The notes beneath the pieces are model-generated. The model was not told the DNA's origin. It saw nothing but the letters and a program-made list of their open reading frames with translations, and did not search any database. Shown in pieces: positions 1 through 11,900 of a DNA stretch of 64,000 nucleotides. The stretch covers positions 248,001 through 312,000 of the forward strand of contig CM120647.1 in the NCBI GenBank assembly GCA_051362555.1. Direction: 5' to 3'. This DNA is from Lingula anatina. Its lineage: Eukaryota; Animalia; Brachiopoda. Made by a program: the position numbers and the translations under genes. Within the stretch, counting starts at the first letter, position 1; every line of letters starts with the position of its first letter.

Positions 1-1166
1 CAATGCAGTCTGTTTGGTAAATTTTTCTGGCAATTTAACAGTTTTTTGTGAAAATTTAATTTTTCACTTATTGGCATTTTCAAGGTGCGACTTAGAACCT
101 CCACGGGCTTGAAGACCCATGCTAGTCACATTTTCTGAAAATCCATGACACATATATTTTAATATTAAAAATTGATGTATTATGCTGTTAAGCATTATGT
201 AATGTTGCATCAAAATAGACGAAAACACAATTTTTGGTGCTTCTGCCATGATGACCATTATGGGAAAACCGTGTTACTTATGATTGTCAAACTTTCAAAA
301 AAGAAACACAGGATTAAAATGCAGCCCGAGTTGGAAAAGCAGTCTTATTGGCTTCTTTTTCTGGAAGTTATACATTTTAGTGAAATATTCATTATCTTTT
401 TGGCATATTCATTGTGGGACTCGGAGCTCCCATGGACATGAAGCCGGATGGTAATCACATTTTCTACATGTTCATGCTATTTATAGTCAATAATCAAAAA
501 TTGGTGATAATTATTCTATAATTTATTATGTAATGTTACATCAAAATTGACAATAATCTTTTTGCACTGCTACTGCAAACATTATGAAAAGAAAACTGTG
601 TTATTTATTATTATATTTAACTTATGAGTATGATTTTTAGGATTGGCATGCAGTTCAAATTAGAAAGCCAGGTCAATTGGGTCATCATTTATTATTGAAT
701 TTTATGCAATTTTGTGTGAAATTTCATTTTTCTCATTCTGGCACTTTCTAAGTATAAACTTGAACTCTGATGGGCCTGAAGCCTTATGCTTTTACTTTCG
801 TTGGTGTTACCTGTTGTGCAAAATTAAAATTTGATGTTGACTGTGCAGTTAAACATAATGTATTATTGCATCAGAATTGGTAGTCTCCTATTTTGTGCAT
901 TATTGTTTTGTGTTTTTCTTAAGTTGTGACTTATGGGCCGGAAAGACCTTTGAGAGGGTCAGTCTGTAAATTTCCCTTGGGTATCACTTAGCTTATTTCA
1001 GTGTTGTAAAGTAATTTGCCTAATTAATCGGCCATTAAATGAGATTACATAAAGCACACTTGTTGATATTTCCCTGTAAACTCCCATAGGTTAAGCTCTC
1101 TGCTAGATTAATAATAAGGAAGCAGTGATAATTATGCAGGTGAATTTTGTTTAATATTGCAAATAA

Positions 1167-1173
<7 letters not shown>

Positions 1174-1237
<64 letters not shown>
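1174..1237. repeat. (TA)n microsatellite; others: (GA)n 5870-5906, (TA)n 39678-39738, (TC)n ~43800-43842, (CA)n 51694-51741, (TG)n 56249-56287
   Basis: Read directly. Confidence 0.95.
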
Positions 1238-1239
<2 letters not shown>

Positions 1240-1284
1240 AACTCAAAGATTAAAAGTTTGAATAGCAGCTTCATTGGAATTATA

Positions 1285-1466
1285 TTTACCTCTGCCAAGG
1301 AGGTTATATTTTCAACCGTTTGTCATCAACATAACTTAAAGTTATGGACCGATTTTGCTGAAATTTTCAGGAACTGTCGGAAGTGGGCCAAAGAGGACAA
1401 TAATCAATGATAATCAACAATTGCTACCTTGGCAGAGGTCTGCACTCTCGGAGCACTTTTCTAGTT
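1285..1466 (+). mobile_element. Small nested Helentron-type element (second copy ~39783-40017)
   Basis: 5' TTACCTCTGCCAAGGAGGT, 3' inverted CTTGGCAGAGGT, then a GCACTCTCGGAGCAC hairpin and CTAGTT. Confidence 0.55.
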
Positions 1467-3187
1467 TTGTTATGTTTTCCTTTATAATTTTTTCTCAAAC
1501 ACTTGCATTTGTGACTTTTAACTCTCATCCGCCTGAGGCTCTGACATTTCTGTATTTCCACATAAGCAGTTGTATTGTTTTTTATGTCTTTAAACATTAT
1601 GTTACTTATGTAATATTATTTTATGCACTGTCATCATTTTTCAAATATTGAGACTTTCATCATGTGAATTTAAACTCATGGTCCTGAAACTGTTATCTTA
1701 TTGAAAGGGTAGATTGAGACCATCTTCTGGGTCTTCCGGAAGACAGTCAGGTTATTAAGTTTATATTGCCTGGTATCTATTTTTTCTTCTGTTGGAAGAC
1801 CATCAAAATGGAGGATGGATCAAAATAGATACTTTGGAATACTGTCAGAAAATATCTCTGGGTCATGTTATTGACCATTTTACCTGTTGTGCATGATTAA
1901 AATTCAGTGTTGACTGACAGTGCTATTATAAGCATTATTTATTATTGCATCAAAATTGACAAAATGACCTATTTTGCATCTTTATTTTCTGTTTTTTGTC
2001 TGTACATTTGACAGCTTTGCTGCCTTGTTATAAAGACCAATCGACCAATTTTGATTTCACTGTCTTCAGACAGACTAAAGACATTAGACAGCCAGTGGGA
2101 CGAACATATACCTGATCTTGTGGCGTCTTTGATAGTAGTATTACGTATTACGCGCGATCGTAGATCTTAGTTTTACCAATTTGGATTGAAGCCAAGACAT
2201 TTCACCGAGTCAGCATCTTACCTGTAGCGTAGACTCAGACATTATACGCACACTTTCACGTACACAGGTGTGTTCATTTTAACAAACACTTAATAACACG
2301 ATACTGCGTGCCAATACGCATCATAAATAATTTCCTTTTCATTTATTTAGAGTATCTATCTTATAGATATTTTGTACATAACATCTTTTTTTATTTATTT
2401 TTATGTTTTCACTTTTGGAGTCAGAATTAGAGGAGTGGATACACTGTTATAAGGCTTGAAGCTCCTAATAAGTAACCCATATCTGGGAAGAGATCAAAGT
2501 AGAATGTTAACACTATCCCCGTGTAACTGCCGTTATACCTGTTCATTGATAAACTGCATGGTAGTGGTACTAACTGCCACCTGATACCAGGGCTTCTAAA
2601 ATAACAGACTACTAGCGCCCCCTGTGGTCAGAGAGTGGTACTAACCACGATATCTTAGTACTGCTGTGACATCAGATAGCAAACCGTGCCTAGGATGACA
2701 TCAGCTATATGTACAGTAGACTGGTTACACCCCATTCACTGCTGAAGTGGAGTGTTTACTGTTTATTTCATTGATAAACATTGTTACCTGTTGCTGACAG
2801 GTACAATACTACAAGATAATGCGAGGCAGAGATATTGTCGCCATCACAGTACTCTAAATGAGCACGTTTTTTATATATAGTACATGTCTAGACGGCGGTA
2901 AGGGGACGGGACGAAAAGTGGCAGGGCGGGGCAGGGGCGGGGTAGGGCCGGAACAGGGGCGGGATAGGGGCGGGGCAGGGGCGGGGCAAAGCTGTCAAGA
3001 CAGTGCGGGGCGGTGGCAAGAAGTCGGGGTATCTGTCAGAGAGTAACACCGTGACAGCCGGATATTGAGATATGGAGTCAAAATTATATTTATGTCCGAG
3101 ATTACCTCATATATTTGATGTGTTATGAAGATACAGGATGACTCAAGTTACTATAATAGTATATCAGCATCATCGGCTTACAGAAAC

Positions 3188-3330
3188 CAGGGGCGGATTC
3201 AGGCCGTCTTCTGGGTCTTCCGGAAGACGGTCAGATTTTCAAGTTTACATTGACGAGTATCTAATTTTTTCTGTCGGAAGACAGTCAAAAAATGGAGGAT
3301 GGATAAACAAATATAATATGTCCGCCCCTG
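3188..3330. mobile_element. MITE, CAGGGGCGGA TIR, 5-bp TSD (hAT5-like)
   Basis: TSD GAAAC at 3183-3187 and 3331-3335. The family recurs at ~1706-1865, ~40253-40415, 42888-43055 and 52420-52587. Confidence 0.8.
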
Positions 3331-3906
3331 GAAACATAGGCCACCGATAGGCACCAACCAAAGCGGATCTTTATCATGGGTCCTGACAAGGACACAGTTA
3401 ATTAGATTATCTGTAGGGAGGCAACTTACGAATCCCCAGACGTTAAAATGTTATCACCGCTGATTTTCCTGTCTTTTTTGGGTTGTGGTTGATATTTAAT
3501 AGAGCATCTGTAAATATATTTTCCACCTCTCTAAACGACGACTTAAGCATGTGTGTTAAAAGAGCTGTTGTTCACACTAGATGTCCCCGCTCTCCCTGTT
3601 GAGATAACTCTGATAACGTGACAATAATTATTTACTTCACTCGGTGTAAGTACGCAATCAGCAGCTCGTATCTTATCGCGGTGTTTTACACATTTGTGTG
3701 CCAGCTTAAGTCCGAGCTCAGCGATAAACAAACCTGTAAACAGGTAATAATTGTCGCCAGTTATTTGTTTGAAAAGTTGTAAAATAAATCCTGATTTTCT
3801 TATCGACATCACGACAGCTCTGCCCCCCCCCCCTCCCCTTCACTCAGGGTATATATACTGCAACTTTTACACTATAACAACAAAACAACTGTGCCACGCC
3901 GTCATT

Positions 3907-5866
3907 ATGGCTTGGACAGACGCTGAGAGCGAACTTGCAGACAAGTTAAACGGGTAGGTGTACGTGTGCTGTTGCAGCGTCTCTTTTTCTTCTTTTAATT
4001 AGTTAACATCATTAGTGAAACGATGTGGCAGGTACAGCTCATTTCACGGTTTCACATTTTTGGCAAATTTGAAAAAATACATTTTCACTTTGCAGCTTTA
4101 TAAGTTGACATACAGGTGTTGTAAATTTTGTCTGTGATTTGAAAAAAAGAAAGTTCTGGGTGTGCCCGTCCAGAGATGATGTGGTGAATTTTTTTTTTTT
4201 TTTTTTCGTAAGATTGAGTGGCATCTCTTATTGGATAAAAATGAGGCTGTTTGTTTGTTAACAGCTTTTAATGGTGGAAAGTTTGAGAGGTCGCCTTCCT
4301 CTACATCCTCTGGTTTTACTTTAATAAGGTCATATCAAGTTAAAGTCATCTTGCAAATACTATATTGATAATGCTTTTTATTTGAATGATATGACTGCGT
4401 AACACATATGTACTTTACTCAACACAGCGTATCTGTGGAGAAAATGTATATAAAAGTAGGCAGGCCCGTGGCCAGCAATTTCAGAGAGGGGGCTCGTTTT
4501 CTGAAAAAGTGGACCTTTACCATAAAATCGTCATGTACACGGATCAAATTTTACCCAGAGTGAACCTTTTCCCAGCAAAATAGAGTGCTTCTTTCGAACC
4601 CTCCCCCACCCCCACCCCCGAACGGTCCTGGCAGGTCATCTGCGTTATAGTACAATCCCTCCCAGCCCCCGGCTACTGTCTTGACTAATTGGCCTGATTA
4701 GATCACTATCCCAGTCACTTCCTGGGGAAGATTTCTTTCATTTCTAGCCCGAGGACGAAGCGGACTAACATTACAGAGAGACGCCGTCTCGCCTAAAGCA
4801 GCCTTATATACCGAGTTTAAAAATTAGGGGGAAGTCGTTGCTTCTTGATGAAGTTATATTTTCATGTACACATTTTCTGAGCGAACAGTGGTGAATATTT
4901 TCTCACAATAACCCCGTAGTACCAAATCTTATTGTTGTCTACGCCCATTTTGTAAACAGGTGGACTAACGAGACAGGAAAAATGCCAGCAGCGTTCCGCT
5001 TCATAGAATCCAATGAATGGTGCCGCTGTCATTTTCACACAATTATGTTCAAAAGAAATTTACATTTATTTTCAATAATATTTTGGAGATAAAAACATAT
5101 GGCTAAGGGAACTTCTTGGCGTCCTATAGGATTATGTTAAATAAGACGCGGGTAATTGTCACTGTGTGCGACTCCGCACTGACGACTGACGTAGATTTCT
5201 TTGAATATTTTGTTTACTATTTTACATACAGTGAATTAACGCACTCCGTCATACTACTGCAGTTACTGCTGATTACAGGGCAATTAAACATTATTATGCC
5301 TATCACGGACGTGCTCTCATCACATATGCAAATTAGGTGGTTATATTATGTGTGAGAGATTAAACATAGTGACACATGTGTGGTACAGTGTAAACGTTAA
5401 GGTGACAGGACGCAGTGTCAACTAAAGGTGCACAAGACAGCAGTTAATCCGACATTATTTGCGGGAATTCGGTGCTATAAAACGTGAGTTGTATATAAAC
5501 AAAGTAAGTTTAGTGAGGGAGCACTTAATGTGATCCACTGTCATGTTTCACATCCAGCTCTTTGTTATGGTCTAGAACTGTGGTACTGGTTTATATGGAA
5601 ATATTCACACACAAGCGCACGCGCACATACACACACCTACGCATGCACGGCGTCATTGTGACTTAAGTTCTTTATGACCATTTTTTTATAACCTTCTGCT
5701 TCAAAAGACGATCCATACTGTGGTATTCCTGAGACAGCGGTGTCAGCTGCTAATACTGTTAGTTCTAAACTGATGCTATCGTAAACCGCCCGCAGGAAGA
5801 CAAATGAGATATCCAGATAACCGCTAAGTAAATCAGCAGAAGATGATTTAACAACAGCTTCCTTAG

Positions 5867-5908
<42 letters not shown>

Positions 5909-8900
5909 CACAGTTTTATGATTAAAATGTATTCAGCGCTTGTGTTGTAGAATGTAAATGTTTAACCTGAAATTATTTCATGTCACTGACATTGTGTTAA
6001 GCTTAGTACACGCTATGCGTCGTATCTGGAGTATTTTTATCACTGAATTACGCTCCATTTTTGAATAGGCTCAAACAAATAAATGCTTGTGAAAATAGTG
6101 TTGTCAACATAAAGGTCGCATACTGAGGTTAATAGGCGCACCTGTCAGTTGTTACCTGTTTTGTAGACGCGTTTTTTACTAGTAGAATATCGTATTTCCT
6201 TGTCGCCACAGCCAAAAGAAGAAACAAAAAAATACTTATATTACGCTTTTGACGGTTTGCTACGAGTCGAAAATTCCTTGGGCTGTTTTGTTTTATTTAT
6301 TCATTTGAATAAAAATTACTCTTATCTTTGTTAGATAACTTGTGTCCCTATCTATGTCTTATTGTCAATGAATTCCCCAAGTTCTGTGTTTTATTTCCAG
6401 ACGCCAGAGTTCTGGTCAAGTCAACATGAAGGCTGTGAGTCTGATGCTGGCAGCAGTTTGTGTGGTGTTACTGGCTTCCATGGCAATAGCCTCGGCCTCG
6501 AAAGATACGATAGAGGAGGCCACAGTCGAGGTAGCTAGGTCACCTGATTTTATCCAGTGTTGCTATGACAACATGAGATATGTTATAGTTAATTAACATT
6601 TCGTGTTTTAAAACAAGACGAATGAATCAATACATCTTAGAACAATCTGATAAAAAAAACATTAAAATGTCAGTATTGCCACAGGTAAGAATTTGCTGTC
6701 CAGTCAATGCGAGCGTCCTATCTCGCCTTGTATATTTTAAATATTTATATTTGCATGAGTGTTTATGATGCTGGCCGTGCTGTACTCCGTGAATATTTGT
6801 ATATGAATATTTTATATATTTATATATATAAAAGTGTGTACGGTATCTCATGATTCTCTCTCCAGGTGGCGCTAGCTGTGCTGAACTCTATATCAGCACT
6901 GTGGATATTTGTATATTTTACATATTTATATATGTATTAGTGTGTATGGTATTTCATGATTCTCTCTCCAGGTGGCGCTAGCTTTGCTGTACTCTATATC
7001 AGCGCTGTGGATATTTGTATATTTTATATATTTATATATGTATTAGTGTGTATGGTATTTCATGATTCTCTCTCCAGGTGGCGCTAGCTGTGCTGTACTC
7101 TCTGTCAGCACTGTGGATATTTATTACACTGGTTCTGGGCTGGACCAAGAAGCTGACTGTGGACCCCAGATATCTCCATCGCAAGAATAACCGGTTGTCC
7201 TTCCAGAAGATCGGCGCTGCAAGTAAGAAACTGTTACCGACGTCTCCATCGGTTGGACTGTAGTATTAATATTTAATTTACCAAGTTAACACTCAGCCAA
7301 GCCATATCATTGTGTTATATGTGAGAAAGTGTGTTAGCTGTGACATTATAGTAAACCAATGCTGTCTGTGGACACATGTGAGCCATATCATTAGGTTAGC
7401 TGTGACAAAGTGCCTTAGCTGTGGCATAATAATCATAGTAGAAGACAGTAAGGTTTTACTTCGTGTATGTTGTAACAGTGTGTTAGATGTGACATTGTTC
7501 TTGTACAATGCACTCGTTCAATGTTGAGACAGTGTGTTAGATGTGACAGCAGGCGTACACAATATGTTCTACATTTCAGTCTTCGGTACCGGTGCTATGT
7601 TATACAACGCCCTGAGAATAGCGGAGTTTGTTGCTGAGGACGCAGCCTGCAGGACAGTGGAGTATGTAGTGGTATCTGTGATGTCAATCCTCTTCACTTC
7701 TCTGCAAGTTTACCTCATCCTCATCTATGCCAAGGTAAGTTATGCTAAAACAACTGAACTCACTACTAGTCCTAATCAGTACTACTGTTGGACTTGCAAG
7801 TTTTGCCATAATTTAAGTCCCCTTTATTGTAGTATTTGGCTTCCAAATATGCTGATACGAAGAATCGATCTTAATTAAGTTAGATCTTGAGCAGAAGAAG
7901 CCTTATCTGAATTTGATTTTAGCTGTTCACAGAAAAGTAAAACGCTTTACTCTCTCATGAACGCAATTCCCACATTTAACCCGGTTAATGTTGGTATTTA
8001 ATCTCCTAGGTAACCATCAATAACGGTAAGCTGGTGCCTGTATTATCCCGGTTCGGGCTGATGCTAGTCCTGGCCACCAATATCGCGGTTTGGATCATTA
8101 CCACCATCTCGGAGGCCAAACACACGATGGAGGTCGAGCTGAAGAAGTCATCTGTGAACTACGACAAGCCACCTGTACCTTACACGTACACCAGTCCACG
8201 CCCTTACCTGTATAATGACTCCAGCACCATATCTTATCATAACAGTAAGTGTTTGATACACCAGTCCACGCCCTTACCTGTATAATGACTCCAGCACCAT
8301 ATCTTATCATAACAGTAAGTGTTTGATACACCAGTCCACACCCTTACCTGTATAATGACTCCAGCACCATATCTTATCATAACAGTAAGTGTTTGATACA
8401 CCAGTTCACAACCCTTACCTGTATAATGACTCCAGCACCATATCTTATCATAACAGTAAGTGTTTGATACACCAGTCCACACCCTTACCTGTATAATGAC
8501 TCCAGCACCATATCTTATCATAACAGTAAGTGTTTGATACACCAGTCCACACCCTTACCTGTATAATGACTCCAGCACCATATCTTATCATAACAGTAAG
8601 TGTTTGATACACCACCCCACACCTGTATAATGACTCCAGCACCATATCTTATCATAACAGTAAGTGTTTGATACACAACCCCACACCTGTATAATGACTC
8701 CAGCACCATATCTTATCATAACAGTAAGTGTTTGATACACCAGTCCACACCCTTACCTGTATAATGACTCTAGCACCGTATCTTATCATAACAGTAAGTG
8801 TTTGATACACCAGTCCACACCCTTACCTGTATAATGACTCCAGCACCATATCTTATCATAACAGTAAGTGTTTGATACACCAGTCCACACCCTAACCTGT

Positions 8901-11900
8901 TTAATGACTCCAGCACCATATCTTATCATAACAGTAAGTGTTTGATACACCAGTCCACACCCTAACCTGTTTAATGACTACACCACCATATCCACCACGC
9001 CGACCATCAAAACGTTGGTGGTCTAATGTAATTGCAACCAACTATAATAATCGTTAGTCTACGGTATATTGCAAAAACGTTTCTGATAAATTTTCAGGTT
9101 CAACAGGAAACGCTAACCACTCTTCCCATGATTCCTCGTGTGACCACAGTGGCGCCTCCTACCAGAGTACGTTTGCGTCATACCTGTACCCGTGTGTCAT
9201 CGAGTACAGTTTAATCTCTGCTACCACCGTGTTCTTGATCTGGAGTAAGGTACGGCTAACTCTATGTGCTAGTATCTATGTTAAAATACACCCACCACCA
9301 CCGTGTTCTTGATCTGGAGTAAGGTACGGCTAACTCTATGTACTAGTATCTATGTTAAAATACACCCACCACCACCGTGTTCTTGATCTGGAGTAAGGTA
9401 CGGCTAACTCTATGTACTAGTATCTATGTTAAAATACACCCACCACCACCGTGTTCTTGATCTGGAGTAAGGTACGGCTAACTCTATGTGTTAGTATCTA
9501 TGTTAAAATACACCCACCACCACCGTGTTCTTGATCTGGAGTAAGGTACGGCTAACTCTATGTACTAGTATCTATGTTAAAATACACCCACCACCACCAC
9601 CGTGTTCTTGATCTGGAGTAAGGTACGGCTAACTCTATGTACTAGTATCTATGTTAAAATACACCCACCACCACCGTGTTCTTGATCTGGAGTAAGGTAC
9701 GGCTAACTCTATGTACTAGTATCTATGTTAAAATACACCCACCACCACCGTGTTCTTGATCTGGAGTAAGGTACGGCTAACTCTATGTGCTAGTATCTAT
9801 GTTAAAATACACCCACCACCACCGTGTTCTTGATCTGGAGTAAGGTACGGCTAACTCTATGTGCTAGTATCTATGTTAAAATACACCCACCACCACCGTG
9901 TTCTTGATCTGGAGTAAGGTACGGCTAACTCTATGTACTAGTATCTATGTTAAAATACACCCACCACCACCGTGTTCTTGATCTGGAGTAAGGTACGGCT
10001 AACTCTATGTACTAGTATCTATGTTAAAATACACCCACCACCACCGTGTTCTTGATCTGGAGTAAGGTACGGCTAACTCTATGTACTAGTATCTATGTTA
10101 AAATACACCCACCACCACCGTGTTCTTGATCTGGAGTAAGGTACGGCTAACTCTATGTACTAGTATCTATGTTAAAATACACCCACCACCACCGTGTTCT
10201 TGATCTGGAGTAAGGTACGGCTAACTCTATGTGCTAGTATCTATGTTAAAATACACCCACCACCACCGTGTTCTTGATCTGGAGTAAGGTACGGCTAACT
10301 CTATGTGCTAGTATCTATGTTAAAATACACCCACCACCACCGTGTTCTTGATCTGGAGTAAGGTACGGCTAACTCTATGTGCTAGTATCTATGTTAAAAT
10401 ACACCCACCACCACCGTGTTCTTGATCTGGAGTAAGGTACGGCTAACTCTATGTACTAGTATCTATGTTAAAATACACCCACCACCACCGTGTTCTTGAT
10501 CTGGAGTAAGGTACGGCTAACTCTATGTGCTAGTATCTATGTTAAAATACACCCACCACCACCGTGTTCTTGATCTGGAGTAAGGTACGGCTAACTCTAT
10601 GTGCTAGTATCTATGTTAAAATACACCCACCACCACCGTGTTCTTGATCTGGAGTAAGGTACGGCTAACTCTATGTGCTAGTATCTATGTTAAAATACAC
10701 CCACCACCACCGTGTTCTTGATCTGGAGTAAGGTACGGCTAACTCTATGTACTAGTATCTATGTTAAAATACACCCACCACCACCGTGTTCTTGATCTGG
10801 AGTAAGGTACGGCTAACTCTATGTACTAGTATCTATGTTAAAATACACCCACCACCACCGTGTTCTTGATCTGGAGTAAGGTACGGCTAACTCTATGTAC
10901 TAGTATCTATGTTAAAATACACCCACCACCACCGTGTTCTTGATCTGGAGTAAGGTACGGCTAACTCTATGTACTAGTATCTATGTTAAAATACACCCAC
11001 CACCACCGTGTTCTTGATCTGGAGTAAGGTACGACTAACTCTATGTACTAGTATCTATGTTAAAATACACCCACCACCACCACCGTGTTCTTGATCTGGA
11101 GTAAGGTACGGCTAACTCTATGTACTAGTATCTATGTTAAAATACACCCACCACCACCGTGTTCTTGATCTGGAGTAAGGTACGGCTAACTCTATGTACT
11201 AGTATCTATGTTAAAATACACCCACCACCACCGTGTTCTTGATCTGGAGTAAGGTACGGCTAACTCTATGTGCTAGTATCTATGTTAAAATACACCCACC
11301 ACCACCGTGTTCTTGATCTGGAGTAAGGTACGGCTAACTCTATGTGTTAGTATCTATGTTAAAATACACCCACCACCACCGTGTTCTTGATCTGGAGTAA
11401 GGTACGGCTAACTCTATGTACTAGTATCTATGTTAAAATACACCCACCACCACCACCGTGTTCTTGATCTGGAGTAAGGTACGGCTAACTCTATGTACTA
11501 GTATCTATGTTAAAATACACCCACCACCACCGTGTTCTTGATCTGGAGTAAGGTACGGCTAACTCTATGTACTAGTATCTATGTTAAAATACACCCACCA
11601 CCACCGTGTTCTTGATCTGGAGTAAGGTACGGCTAACTCTATGTACTAGTATCTATGTTAAAATACACCCACCACCACCGTGTTCTTGATCTGGAGTAAG
11701 GTACGGCTAACTCTATGTGCTAGTATCTATGTTAAAATACACCCACCACCACCGTGTTCTTGATCTGGAGTAAGGTACGGCTAACTCTATGTGCTAGTAT
11801 CTATGTTAAAATACACCCACCACCACCGTGTTCTTGATCTGGAGTAAGGTACGGCTAACTCTATGTACTAGTATCTATGTTAAAATACACCCACCACCAC

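Larger units (their letters stand above)
1..2029 (+). mobile_element. 3' part of a non-autonomous Helentron/DINE-like element (same family as 37351-40586)
   Basis: Colinear homology with ~38900-40586, including the (TA)n tract, the nested elements and the identical 3' end GTCTGTACATTTGACAGCTTTGCTGCCTTGTT. Confidence 0.75.

Noticed and set aside
1035-1410. ORFs with (YI)n runs (also 39451-39759)
   Set aside because: Translations of (TA)n microsatellites inside a repeat element.
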